Shown one piece after another: positions 19,826 to 29,711 of a stretch of 64,000 bases of DNA. A program made the translations under genes and the position numbers. The notes below the pieces were generated by a model that saw only the letters and a list, made by a program, of their open reading frames with translations, was not told the DNA's origin and searched no databases. How positions within the stretch are numbered: position 1 is the first letter of the stretch; every line of letters begins with the position of its first letter. Location: IMG/VR virus record IMGVR_UViG_3300042013_000103, one strand, 5' to 3'. Source of the DNA: a virus. Its lineage: Duplodnaviria; Caudoviricetes.

Positions 19826-21426
19826 AAGACCTCAATGACCTGAACGGCAACCAAGGCCAGTTCGAAGAACCGACAGGCCCGGAAGTGTTGGGGGATTCGT
19901 TCACCAACGACGACGCGTTCCTGACCCCCGAACCACCAGCGACCCAAGTGCCGTCGGAAGACCCGGAAGTCGACGCGGACGGTTTGTTCCGCCCAGCGCA
20001 AGCCCCGGTGAACTTCACCGCCCAGCGCCCAGCGGACGGCCCGGTGAACCCGAAGCTGCCCACGGTGCTGTCGTTCCTGCGGGAATCCACCAAGACCTTC
20101 CAGAAACTCCTGGACCTGAACGAAGACTTGTTCGAGCGGTTGAACAACGGGGACATCCCGGAAACTGAAGCCGATCAGCTCTGGCAAATGTCGCTGTACA
20201 ACGGCATGAACCACGTCAACATGGAAGACACCCCGCGCCGCGCGACGGAACGAGAAGGTTCGAACTGGCACCAATCGCTGATGCATGGCGAGATGCAGCT
20301 GCGCCCGGGCAAGCCGAAACAGAAACCGACCAACGCACGCAGTTCCCGGACGGAAATCCTCAGTTACCTGACCAAGGAATCCGGCCTGGGTGCCACCCAC
20401 GAAGCGATGATGCCGCACTCCGGGATCTGGCTGCGCCTGCGTACCCCGACTTTGCAAGAAGTCGTGAGCATGCAACAGAAGCTGGCCCAACGTCGCGTGT
20501 TGCTGGGCAAGGAATCCAAGGGCATGGCGTTCTCGAACGTGGCGGCGATGATGCTGGACGCGATCACGGACCTGGCCTTGAACTGCGTCATCTCCAGCAA
20601 CATCAAATACACCACCGCGACCGACATCGAAGAACAGCTCTCGGCACTGGACGAACCGTTCCTGCACCACGCCTTGGGCACCGCGATGTACATCGACGGG
20701 TTCAACTACAGTCACCCGTGCATCGCCGACGTGCACAGCTGCACCGAAGTCACCAGCGGCAACCTCGACATGTTCGCGCTGGTGTGGTACGACCGCACCG
20801 AATTCAACCAGCAACAAACCTATCACTTGGCCCGTCGGTTCCAAGACGTGTCCCGTGAAGACATCACCAAGTACAAGACCCAGTTCGTTCGTGGACAAGG
20901 TCGCGTGGTGTGGTTTGAAAAGGTCGGCATTCGCTTGGAAGTGCCATCCATCACCGAGCGTCGCCATGCCGGCAACGCGTGGATCCAGGGCATCGTGGAG
21001 ATGACCACCGGGGCGTTCAACGAACAACCCCACGAAGCCAACCGGGCAGCGTACATCGACAAGCTGGCCAAAGCTTCCACCGCGCGCCAGTACGGTCACT
21101 GGGTCACCTCGATCTGGCACCGTGGTGACGAACAGGAAGGCCAACCAGCCGAACCGGTCATGGTCACGGACGATCGCCAGACCATCGACGAGTACCTGGA
21201 CAACATCATGTCGGATGATGCCTACTCGGAACGGTTCTTTGATGCGGTCACACGCTACATTGATGATTCGATTGTCGGCATGATTGCGATCGAGTCGTTC
21301 AACTGCCCAGCGTGCAACACCCCTCAAGCGAAAGCGTTCCACGAACGGTTGGAGCACCTGATCCCCCTCGACATGGTCACGACGTTTTTTACGTTGGCAG
21401 CCCAGAAAGTCAAGAACCTCAGATAA
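19822..21426 (+). CDS. Conserved Chimalliviridae protein (phiKZ gp77-like) with C-terminal CxxC
   Basis: 534 aa; acidic Pro-rich N-terminus, HPC....SC and FNCPAC cysteine motifs. Confidence 0.65.
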   Translation: MKDLNDLNGNQGQFEEPTGPEVLGDSFTNDDAFLTPEPPATQVPSEDPEVDADGLFRPAQAPVNFTAQRPADGPVNPKLPTVLSFLRESTKTFQKLLDLNEDLFERLNNGDIPETEADQLWQMSLYNGMNHVNMEDTPRRATEREGSNWHQSLMHGEMQLRPGKPKQKPTNARSSRTEILSYLTKESGLGATHEAMMPHSGIWLRLRTPTLQEVVSMQQKLAQRRVLLGKESKGMAFSNVAAMMLDAITDLALNCVISSNIKYTTATDIEEQLSALDEPFLHHALGTAMYIDGFNYSHPCIADVHSCTEVTSGNLDMFALVWYDRTEFNQQQTYHLARRFQDVSREDITKYKTQFVRGQGRVVWFEKVGIRLEVPSITERRHAGNAWIQGIVEMTTGAFNEQPHEANRAAYIDKLAKASTARQYGHWVTSIWHRGDEQEGQPAEPVMVTDDRQTIDEYLDNIMSDDAYSERFFDAVTRYIDDSIVGMIAIESFNCPACNTPQAKAFHERLEHLIPLDMVTTFFTLAAQKVKNLR

Positions 21427-21920
21427 ATGGGATTCCGTACACCGATGCCCGGTTCAGTCGTTTGGTGGTCGAACCCGCCGACGACAACGGGCACGTGACG
21501 AAACTGACCTTTGGTTTAGACCGCGTGGGTAAGCCGGGCAGCATTGACGACCTCCTTGAAAATGCCCCGGCCGTAAGACCAAGCACTGCCGAACGAATGA
21601 CCCGGGAAGCCTACCAAACCGAGTACGGGATTTGCGACCACAAGTCGCCCTTCCGTCACCCCTTTGCGAGTGTGTTACTGCACCCCAAAGAAAACGCGGT
21701 GGAAGGCGGGCCTTACCGGTCGATCTTGCGGAAGTACGTTCACTACCGAATCTGGGACACGTGGCACCTGTCCATCAAAGACTTCTTGGCGAGCGACTAC
21801 CCGGATGCGATGTACTACCTGCAGGTTTGTGAGTCCACGAACCTGAAAACCGATTCCGAAACAACGCGGATACAGAACGAGTTTAACCGACTCAATCCCA
21901 ACGCGCCGACAAAAAAATAA
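21427..21920 (+). CDS. Conserved hypothetical protein (phiKZ gp76-like), start uncertain
   Basis: Open frame GIPYTDARF...NPNAPTKK. The coupled ATG at 21427 is one base out of frame; TTG 21462 or GTG 21465 are alternative starts. Confidence 0.5.
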
Positions 21921-21925
21921 AGCGT

Positions 21926-21979
21926 CTACCCCCTCCCCTCCCCCAGCGCAAGCCAGGAGAGAGGAGGGGGTTTATGCCG
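21926..21979. terminator. Hairpin followed by TTTATGCCG
   Basis: CCCCCTCC...GGAGGGGG stem between convergent genes. Confidence 0.7.
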
Positions 21980-21999
21980 TTGTAACTAGCGAGCGTCGT

Positions 22000-22197
22000 T
22001 TAGGGAATCTTCAACGCGTAGAACCCCAGCACCGTCCAAGGCAAACAAGCCAAGAACATCAGGGTCCCCACGTTCCGGAATACCCAGCCACCCACACGGG
22101 TACCGGTGCAGAACATCAAGATCCCCGAGGTTGGTCCGGTGATAGCCCCGAACCAGATCGCCATCAGGATTACCACCCATTCAGGTATGGTGAGCAT
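22000..22197 (-). CDS. Small membrane protein
   Basis: ATG 22197 with GAGGAGG RBS; two hydrophobic segments. Confidence 0.65.
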   Translation of the reverse strand: MLTIPEWVVILMAIWFGAITGPTSGILMFCTGTRVGGWVFRNVGTLMFLACLPWTVLGFYALKIP

Positions 22198-22210
22198 TAC
22201 AGCCTCCTCT

Positions 22211-22411
22211 TTAATAAGGCAAGTTGGCACTTAACCACGCAGCGCCCTCAATACCAACGTAAACGATAAGACCGCCCACAAGGGCGATTAAGACAGCCTT
22301 GCACCGATTGCGTACACTCGGGCCCATGATAAGGCCACTGAGCCCCAGCAGGGCCATAGAGGCTCCTACCAGGATAGATACCGCCGGCCATACCACAGAT
22401 AATGCAAACAT
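22211..22411 (-). CDS. Small membrane protein
   Basis: ATG 22411 with GAGGTG RBS; two predicted TM helices. Confidence 0.65.
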   Translation of the reverse strand: MFALSVVWPAVSILVGASMALLGLSGLIMGPSVRNRCKAVLIALVGGLIVYVGIEGAAWLSANLPY

Positions 22412-22430
22412 GACATTCACCTCACCCAAC

Positions 22431-23039
22431 TTAGGTTTTATTCATGTTTGTAATATAGTCGTCAATGCGCGTGGAATGCGTTTCGTCGGGGAAGGACCCC
22501 GCCACGAACAGATCCAAGCGGCTGGAGTCAGCGGGTTGTTGTTCCATCACGCAACGAGTAAGGTAGTCGTCCACGTGCTCGTAACTTAATTGCAAGTGGA
22601 TCCGGCGACCGAGTTCGTTCAGGGACTGAACTGCCCGTCCCCGGTGCGGGTCTAAGGAAATCCGCACATCCGACCGGACCGGTAGGTCGGCTGTGAACAT
22701 AGGCTGTAGGGCTAGTGGATCGGGGGTCCTTGTTGATCTCACATACACTGGAGCATCTGTAGTAGGTAGTGAGGAAGGTAACTGGTCGATGCTGGTAAGC
22801 GCGGACGGCGTCAATGCATCGACAATGACCCGGTAACCGCTGCCATCGCCAACTAAACCGATCTCTGAGATCACGGCAGCTCGATCGCCCACTATCGATC
22901 CTAATGGACTGAGGCGATCTTCACGCGCAGCGAGGTGGTCTTTGGGCAACAACCCACCCAGGAACCGCCCCAGTTCTGACAGGACGATCTGTCCCACGGT
23001 ACGGCCACTGTTCCATTGCTTTTTGATGCGAGTCAACAT
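22431..23039 (-). CDS. Hypothetical protein
   Basis: ATG 23039 with AAGGAG RBS; weaker codon bias than core genes. Confidence 0.5.
   Translation of the reverse strand: MLTRIKKQWNSGRTVGQIVLSELGRFLGGLLPKDHLAAREDRLSPLGSIVGDRAAVISEIGLVGDGSGYRVIVDALTPSALTSIDQLPSSLPTTDAPVYVRSTRTPDPLALQPMFTADLPVRSDVRISLDPHRGRAVQSLNELGRRIHLQLSYEHVDDYLTRCVMEQQPADSSRLDLFVAGSFPDETHSTRIDDYITNMNKT
22450..22479 (-). promoter_or_regulatory. Phage early promoter
   Basis: GCATT-N14-GACTATATTAC; TATATTAC is the published phiKZ early-promoter core. Confidence 0.75.
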
Positions 23040-23050
23040 GGTGCTGCTCC

Positions 23051-23494
23051 TTAGAAGGGACTGGTCCAAGCGAAATAAGAAAGAGCCGCATCACCGACCT
23101 GGCACAACACGGTACCGATCAGTACGACGGCCGAACACATGCTGAGGGCCACGACGGCATAACAAGCAGAACTGTAGATGGATTCGTTGTGAGCCACGCG
23201 GTGGGCCAGGACCGCATCCATGGTCATGTCGGCAGCCAAGTAAATCGCAAACACCGACACGTACCAATTGTCCCAGAGTCTCGGGTTCGGAATCAAATAG
23301 GCGCAGACCAAGACCGTGAGGCACAGCATCACCGCCATGATGGCCATGGCTGTTTGACTTACCCAGCGTTTACCGCGGCGTTCTGGCTTGTCGTGGTTGT
23401 GACCATAACATGCGGTCAGGTAGAAGGCAGGGGGTGCTAACACCAACATCAGGATCACCAAAGCCACCGCTTGGATCAATTGCCAATCAATCAT
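23051..23494 (-). CDS. Membrane protein, about 4 TM helices
   Basis: 147 aa, four hydrophobic segments, GAGGA RBS. Confidence 0.7.
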   Translation of the reverse strand: MIDWQLIQAVALVILMLVLAPPAFYLTACYGHNHDKPERRGKRWVSQTAMAIMAVMLCLTVLVCAYLIPNPRLWDNWYVSVFAIYLAADMTMDAVLAHRVAHNESIYSSACYAVVALSMCSAVVLIGTVLCQVGDAALSYFAWTSPF

Positions 23495-23544
23495 TATCGT
23501 TCCTCTTAAATTAACAGCATAAAGCTTCCCCGAAGGGAAGCCTG

Positions 23545-25077
23545 TTACGAGATGCGTCGCAGGTACATCGTTTTGATCTTGCCTTTAAAGTCCTCTTCCT
23601 TGGTGGACCAATAACGGAGGTGGTGCGGCACTTGTTGGCACAGAGCACAGGTCAAACGTGGGGTCACGTCCGGGAAGTCCCGAAGTTTCCGCAATCGACC
23701 GGCGATCTGAATACTGTCCTTCTTGGACCCAGTGTTGTGGAACAAGACCCCTTCCCGCAGGTTAGGAATGTCCACGCCCGTGCCCGACGACTTGATGGTA
23801 GACCCCGTCAGTTCGTTGGTGAGGAGTTTGTTGTAGTCGCTGCCCGCGTAATGGGCCCCAGACACGACGTCAGGGAACTGCTCTTTCAGGTGTTTCATCA
23901 CCAGTTCAATAAAAGCCACGGTGGCAAACAACAACAAACACTTCTGACCTGGCAACCGGTCTTTGATGAACACCCCTTCGACAATCCGAGTGACAATGGC
24001 CAAGTAATCCGCCAAGCGCTTCGGGTTCTTCATCATCTCCGTTTCATAACGCGCATGGTTGTACGTGTTCTTAAACGGAGCGAGGTAGTCCTTGGGCTTC
24101 ACTTTGATGTCGTTGTACAACACCCCCATCACGTTGATGTACACGTCGTAGTTAGGCAGCCGCACTTTGGTGTGCTCTGGCAGCATGACGTCGATCATCT
24201 TGGTGACGTAAGCATTCCCAGTGAACGGCGTAGCCGAGAGGTAGATCTGTTTCGCCACGTTGGAGTACATGTCAATCCGAAACAACAGCCCCGGATCTTC
24301 CTGGATCTCATCGTGAATCACACAACCGACCTGCAGCACTTCGTGGAAACGTTGTGGGGGACAGTTGTAGCCCATGTCCGACAACCCTTTCTCGCCGTGC
24401 TTCTCGTACTTCTCGATGTAGTTCCGGTACGACGTGGTCGACACCAGGTACACGTCGATCTCGTCCAAATCGTTTTCAATCCCACGGTCAATCACCCGCA
24501 TGATCTCAGCCGACCCGGAGATCCGACAGAAGCGCAAACCAATGTCTTTATACGTGTTCATCAAGGCTTCGTCCCAGATACCGAAGTACTTGGGTGGAAC
24601 CATGACAATGCACTTGACCCCCAGTGCTTTGAGGATAGCCAACGAAGTTAACGTTTTGCCTTTGCCTGTTTGCAAGTCGATCCGAACAGAGATCATCCCC
24701 TCGCGTAAAGCGTCCTCTTTAATAATCTCCTGGTAATCCCGCAACACGTACTTTTCATACATGTCGTAGTAAGCTGTCGCGCTGCTCGGAGGCAGTACAT
24801 CCACCACTTTGATACGATTCGGTGTAATGAACTGGTTGCCCAGGTATCGAACCAAATCGTCATAGCAGTTACGGTGGATGGTGATTTCCCGGTGATCCTC
24901 GGTCAGACCATAGTACTTTTTCTTCAGTTCCATGATCATGCCGCGACCCGGGATCTTCTTCGGTTCCTTCAACGACAGACCTTCTAAGAAGCCCTGCATT
25001 TTGTAGAAGGTATCCCGTGAAAACCCCGTGAGGCGAACACCGTGGGAATAACGTTCTGCTATGAGTAACGGTTCCAT
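23545..25077 (-). CDS. Superfamily 2 DNA helicase (phiKZ gp75-like)
   Basis: Q-motif LRDYQ, Walker A LQTGKGKT, Walker B DEIQE, SAT, GTGVDIP and QIAGRLR. Confidence 0.9.
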   Translation of the reverse strand: MEPLLIAERYSHGVRLTGFSRDTFYKMQGFLEGLSLKEPKKIPGRGMIMELKKKYYGLTEDHREITIHRNCYDDLVRYLGNQFITPNRIKVVDVLPPSSATAYYDMYEKYVLRDYQEIIKEDALREGMISVRIDLQTGKGKTLTSLAILKALGVKCIVMVPPKYFGIWDEALMNTYKDIGLRFCRISGSAEIMRVIDRGIENDLDEIDVYLVSTTSYRNYIEKYEKHGEKGLSDMGYNCPPQRFHEVLQVGCVIHDEIQEDPGLLFRIDMYSNVAKQIYLSATPFTGNAYVTKMIDVMLPEHTKVRLPNYDVYINVMGVLYNDIKVKPKDYLAPFKNTYNHARYETEMMKNPKRLADYLAIVTRIVEGVFIKDRLPGQKCLLLFATVAFIELVMKHLKEQFPDVVSGAHYAGSDYNKLLTNELTGSTIKSSGTGVDIPNLREGVLFHNTGSKKDSIQIAGRLRKLRDFPDVTPRLTCALCQQVPHHLRYWSTKEEDFKGKIKTMYLRRIS

Positions 25078-25132
25078 AAAAATTTAACGAGTTGCTGGGG
25101 GCTTTACGGCCCCCAACAGTTCGCCCTCCCAC

Positions 25133-27100
25133 TCAGTGAAGCTTACCCCCCATCACAGCAAGATCATACGGATGATCGTTGCGTTGTTTGTTCAGGAAGC
25201 TTGCAGGGTTGTTTAGCGGCTCGTGCTGCTTCTCGAACGCCATGGCACCGGCCAAGGACCGATTCTGCATCAGTCGGTTGTATTTCTCGAATGTTCCCGA
25301 GATACCCGGTATAGGCAAGCGATAATCACGCAACTGCGCTGATCTAATCATCATAGCATAGACCAGGCATTCGCTATGCGCCAAGTTGAGCTGGATCTTT
25401 TCGTTCACCAGTGCGTTAAACGCCACCACTGCATCGATCGGGTCACGGTAGTTCTTCAGGAAGGTTTTCCCGGTGAACCCAATCTTGTCACTCGACAACC
25501 GGCTGCCTTCCGTGTCCGACCCAGAGTGCAGGAACGACTGAACCCGTTTCATGAACTCGTAGGTGTTAACGTGTTTAAACGGCAGCGTTAAGAACGGCAA
25601 CGAAGGTTCGAAGCCTTCCAGGTTGATGACGATGTTGTCGCGGTTGTCTGGAGACCACCCGACCTTCTTCACGTGACGCAACAGGTCGGTCGACAACGAC
25701 GCTTTCCGGTTGTACAGCGACACGGTCAGAATGTCCCCTTGGTCCTGTCCATCCACGGTGCGGATCAACCCGATTTTGGTCAGGTTGGAGGCCGCTTCCG
25801 CTGGGTAAGCCGACAGGTCTTTGATCATCAAGATGTCCGCCAGGGATTGGGCTTCCGACTTCTGTATCAGCAAGCGGTAACCCAACTTGGCGACCTCGGG
25901 TTGTAAGTAGAGGGTTTCCTCCACCTTCCCTTTCTTCATGTACTTCGCTTCCGTACCGGCCAGGATGTACTGCTCCACCGCTGAAGTGGCGTCGGTGTGT
26001 TTGGTCGACAACACGGACGAGGTGATTGCATCCCCCATCACAACCGCGGACACCCAACCGATGTTGGTGCCTTTCGGAATGTTGTACGACAAGCGCCCGT
26101 AGCAAATGGCACAGATGCCCTGTGGGTCTGGGTGCACACACGCCAACACCGAACGCATCTTGATGGACTTGCCGATCAGGTGCGTTTCGTTCCCGCGTAA
26201 CCACCCGCGGGTGCCGTCTTCTTTCAGGTAGTACTTGCCCGCCATGGATTTCAGCGTGGCCTTCAGTACCGGATAATCCACATAGTCCGCACCGCAATCG
26301 GTGTGGTGCAGGTTCATCAGGTACTGTGCGATCAGCTGAGACTTCCGGTTGAAATACTCGGTGACCCGCAGCAGCTCCTTGTTATAGAGCAAGGCTTTGG
26401 TCCCAGAGCGGGATTCGATCATGTTGCCGTACAGGTCCCAGATCCCGTCTACATACCCCACCAGGATTGGCTCGGCGAAGATCGTCGAGTTGATGTCCGT
26501 CGGGAAGCCGCGCGGCGCAAACGCTTGCAGCATCTGCTCCATTTTCTGGGTACCGGAACGCAACCCTTCCACCACCGAGTTGCCCCGGAATTTGGTTGGG
26601 TCGAGCAGGGCTTCTTTCGCTTTGCCGTACGCAATGTGTTCGATGCCGTACGTCGTGGGTTCGACGTTGGTGTTGGCCTCCCGGATGAGCGGATCGTTAT
26701 AGATCTCAGCGACTTCAAAGATCGACAGCGTGGTCACGTAAGGTGACAGCTTGATCGTGGTCATGTTGTACAGGATGTTGGTTGCTTCGATGGCGTACCG
26801 GGCCAGCAACTCGGTGTCGACCTGCTCGTTCAAATAGCTGTGGATGTGCCAGATCACCCGGTTCAAACAGCGCACCAAGGACTTGGACGACACCCGCTCT
26901 TCGTTCATGTGGTGTTCCTTCAGAATCGGAACGTCCGGGAAGAACTTGAACGGGTACCACAAGATCACAGATAATTTGGTTATGCGGTCATATGTCAACA
27001 CATCCCCATCGGCCATTTCGACCACCTGCCATTCTGAGGGCAGTCGCATCAGTTCGTCCACTGGCATGTTCGCCAGTTGCCGCGCAGTATATCTGTTCAT
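25133..27100 (-). CDS. Non-virion RNAP beta' C-terminal subunit (phiKZ gp74-like)
   Basis: Bridge-helix-like ESRSGTKAL, HTDCG, zinc site C...GICAICYG and trigger-loop-like VLSTKH. Confidence 0.88.
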   Translation of the reverse strand: MNRYTARQLANMPVDELMRLPSEWQVVEMADGDVLTYDRITKLSVILWYPFKFFPDVPILKEHHMNEERVSSKSLVRCLNRVIWHIHSYLNEQVDTELLARYAIEATNILYNMTTIKLSPYVTTLSIFEVAEIYNDPLIREANTNVEPTTYGIEHIAYGKAKEALLDPTKFRGNSVVEGLRSGTQKMEQMLQAFAPRGFPTDINSTIFAEPILVGYVDGIWDLYGNMIESRSGTKALLYNKELLRVTEYFNRKSQLIAQYLMNLHHTDCGADYVDYPVLKATLKSMAGKYYLKEDGTRGWLRGNETHLIGKSIKMRSVLACVHPDPQGICAICYGRLSYNIPKGTNIGWVSAVVMGDAITSSVLSTKHTDATSAVEQYILAGTEAKYMKKGKVEETLYLQPEVAKLGYRLLIQKSEAQSLADILMIKDLSAYPAEAASNLTKIGLIRTVDGQDQGDILTVSLYNRKASLSTDLLRHVKKVGWSPDNRDNIVINLEGFEPSLPFLTLPFKHVNTYEFMKRVQSFLHSGSDTEGSRLSSDKIGFTGKTFLKNYRDPIDAVVAFNALVNEKIQLNLAHSECLVYAMMIRSAQLRDYRLPIPGISGTFEKYNRLMQNRSLAGAMAFEKQHEPLNNPASFLNKQRNDHPYDLAVMGGKLH

Positions 27101-27113
27101 CTAATACCTATTG

Positions 27114-29210
27114 TTAGTTCGAGAACGCGTAAACAAACTTCAAACCACGGCATTCCAGCAGGTGGTCCAACAACCCCACTGGACGAGAACCCCCGAACGG
27201 TACTTTCTTGCGATCCACCGCTCGAGCAATCCGAGACGGGTACGGGGCCGTCAAGTACGCTTCTACCACCGCTTGGTGGGAGTCGGGGCTGTTGGTTTGA
27301 TCCAGCAGCTCCACGGTGGGTTCTGGGCCACAGGTCGCAATGTAAGAACGAGTCTCAGACTCGCCGTAACTGCGGATGGCCGATTCCCGACCCGGGGTCG
27401 TCGCACGGTCGTTCTTGTTCAGCTTGGAAGGCAACCCAAACTGCTGCACTTCCACGGAGCTCACAGCCGACCAGTCTTCACCGATCTTCTCCAAGCCCAT
27501 GATGTACAACGGACCGACCAACACGTTGTTGACGGTTTCCACCACGGTGCCGCCTTGGTCCCGATAGGTCACCGGGCCGTAGTTCGGGCGGAAGCGTGAA
27601 TTCAACATGCCGTTCACGGCGGCCATCAGGTCGACTTTGTCGTCCACCGGACTGTACAGGTAGTGTTTGCTTTCTTGGAAGATCGAGCGGACATAACGGG
27701 CGCGGTCCGGATCGTCCACCAACATTTCCCGTTGCGTTGGGGTGACGATGGCGTAGAAATCCATCAGCTCCTTAAACGCGTAATCCACGAACTGCGTGTT
27801 GCGCATCAGTACGTCGAGTTCCGGGTTGCTGAAGAAGTGGTGGCGATCAAACCCGGCCTCGATCTTCAACCGTTGCATCAAGTCGCGCGCGGCTGCGCCA
27901 AATCCATGCTCGTAGAGACGACCATAGTTGGCCCGACGAATCGTGGAACCACCGTAGATGATCACGTCCGCCCGGTTGCCCCATTTATCGATCGGCATGT
28001 CCTCGTTCTTCATGACCTTACAGATCACACCCTTACCACCGAAGAAGTCCGTGAGCTTGTAAGCGTTGGACGGACGCTTGATGGACTCGTAGGTGATGTT
28101 CACCCGCCATTCGTCCAGCGGATCCAGTCGGTACATCCGGGTGAGTTTCCGCCCTTCGTTAACCGGCATGTGGATCTGGGCTTCAATCAACAACATGTTG
28201 AACTCCGGGGTGAACCGGAAGTGTTCTTTGCGCGAGCGTTTGAGTTGCTCGGCGATGCGAATGATCTCCTTGTAGTACATGTGCATGGCACCGTAATACT
28301 TCATGAGCTGTCCGTCCATCCCCGTGGGGGTGTACGAAGGGTTCACGCGGTTATCACGGAACACGTCCACGTCAATAATAAAAGCACCCGGTTCACCGAT
28401 GGCCGCTCGATCGAACGTCCGGTCGAGGGTACGCAGTGCCCGGGGAGTCATCTCTGCAGGGGTGAGGTCGTCGTCATGGTCACGCAGGGCAAAGATCACC
28501 CCGTCGGCCCGGATACGTTCCCCCACATCGGGAAACGGCTTGAAGGTCTTGTCATCGCCATACATGTTCAAGAAGAACGACTTCCGACCGGCGTTGCCCA
28601 CCACTTGCGTGTAGGTGCGCATCGAGATTTTGTCGAGGCAGTCTTCGTTGATGATGAACCCGTCTTCGATGGTTCCTGGCACTGCCATGAACACCGCGTT
28701 CAAGTTCACGCCCATGCCGTACAACCCGTTGGCTTTTACCGCCGTGGAGTTGGCCAACACGGTGTCTTTGGCGATCAGTGCACCCACGTGCATTTGTTCC
28801 CAAGCCGCCCGGTTCCGCTGGAGGCGATACCCGAAGTCTTGGTGCATGGAAATAAACTCCGGCACCTGCAGCACGCCGATGGTTTTGTACGGGTCATTGT
28901 AATGTTCGTAGATGATGGTGGTCACCGGGTTCATCCGGATACTGTCATGACCTACGCCTGTTGGGTATTTCCGTAAGATGTGAAGAATCTGCACGTCTTC
29001 GGGGAGGCGAATATCAAACGTGTGTTCCGCGTAACGAATTTCCGAACCCGTGATTACCAACCGGGATTCGTTCCCTTCCAGAATGGGGGCTTGTCCTGCG
29101 TGGTTAACAAACATGGCCCCCCGAGCTGAAGACGTCGTACCGACATAAGGGTCCAGTGCGCTCACCCCTAACAACGTGGGGTCCAGTTCACGATTAAGCG
29201 GGTCAGACAT
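27114..29210 (-). CDS. Non-virion RNAP beta C-terminal subunit (phiKZ gp71-73-like), uninterrupted
   Basis: MGVNL..GTIEDG, KLTDFFGGKGVI (beta region H), GPLYIMGLEK and GESE motifs. Confidence 0.9.
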   Translation of the reverse strand: MSDPLNRELDPTLLGVSALDPYVGTTSSARGAMFVNHAGQAPILEGNESRLVITGSEIRYAEHTFDIRLPEDVQILHILRKYPTGVGHDSIRMNPVTTIIYEHYNDPYKTIGVLQVPEFISMHQDFGYRLQRNRAAWEQMHVGALIAKDTVLANSTAVKANGLYGMGVNLNAVFMAVPGTIEDGFIINEDCLDKISMRTYTQVVGNAGRKSFFLNMYGDDKTFKPFPDVGERIRADGVIFALRDHDDDLTPAEMTPRALRTLDRTFDRAAIGEPGAFIIDVDVFRDNRVNPSYTPTGMDGQLMKYYGAMHMYYKEIIRIAEQLKRSRKEHFRFTPEFNMLLIEAQIHMPVNEGRKLTRMYRLDPLDEWRVNITYESIKRPSNAYKLTDFFGGKGVICKVMKNEDMPIDKWGNRADVIIYGGSTIRRANYGRLYEHGFGAAARDLMQRLKIEAGFDRHHFFSNPELDVLMRNTQFVDYAFKELMDFYAIVTPTQREMLVDDPDRARYVRSIFQESKHYLYSPVDDKVDLMAAVNGMLNSRFRPNYGPVTYRDQGGTVVETVNNVLVGPLYIMGLEKIGEDWSAVSSVEVQQFGLPSKLNKNDRATTPGRESAIRSYGESETRSYIATCGPEPTVELLDQTNSPDSHQAVVEAYLTAPYPSRIARAVDRKKVPFGGSRPVGLLDHLLECRGLKFVYAFSN

Positions 29211-29215
29211 TGCAG

Positions 29216-29233
29216 CTACCTCTTTAGATTCAT
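29216..29233 (-). other. Leader mini-ORF MNLKR* upstream of the nvRNAP beta gene
   Basis: GAAGGA-N9-ATG AAT CTA AAG AGG TAG; the AAGAGGT inside it is the RBS of the ATG at 29210. Confidence 0.4.
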
Positions 29234-29269
29234 TCTATGATTCCTTCGACTACATGGTTCAGCAAACCT

Positions 29270-29294
29270 GTAATATAGTCTCGAAATTTAATGC
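29270..29294 (-). promoter_or_regulatory. Phage early promoter for the nvRNAP/helicase operon
   Basis: GACTATATTAC core; the GCATT element sits at shorter spacing (9 nt). Confidence 0.7.
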
Positions 29295-29308
29295 ATTGGT
29301 AAACCACT

Positions 29309-29671
29309 ATGGCCTTTACGATCATGACAGGCATGGCGAAGCCTGGAGAGCAACTCTACTACGAGCCGGGGTTCCGGTTGATCGTGGAGACTTGCCTCAA
29401 TCAGCTGAAACAACTGGCGGTCACCATCACTGACATTCCCGTGGATATGCTTTACCAATACGAAGGCAACTTCTACGGTTACCTGGTGGACAAAGGGATC
29501 CGTCCGGAACTCCATTGGATTTACCTTCGGGTCAACAACATGGAACACCCCAATCAGTTTGGGGCTGAACTGCGCAACCCGTTGAACCAACTACTGGCCC
29601 CACGGTTGATCGAACCGAATGAAAACGTCATTGGGGAGTTACGGGCGTATTACCTCAATCGAAAAAAATAA
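29309..29671 (+). CDS. Small conserved protein (phiKZ gp70-like), LysM/T4 gp53-like pattern
   Basis: YEGNFYGYL...ELHWIYLRVNNMEHPNQF resembles the gp53-type LYW.....N...P motif. Confidence 0.5.
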   Translation: MAFTIMTGMAKPGEQLYYEPGFRLIVETCLNQLKQLAVTITDIPVDMLYQYEGNFYGYLVDKGIRPELHWIYLRVNNMEHPNQFGAELRNPLNQLLAPRLIEPNENVIGELRAYYLNRKK

Positions 29672-29711
29672 GCCAAGCAGGGGCCCCGTGAGGAGCCCCG
29701 CTTATGCCGTC

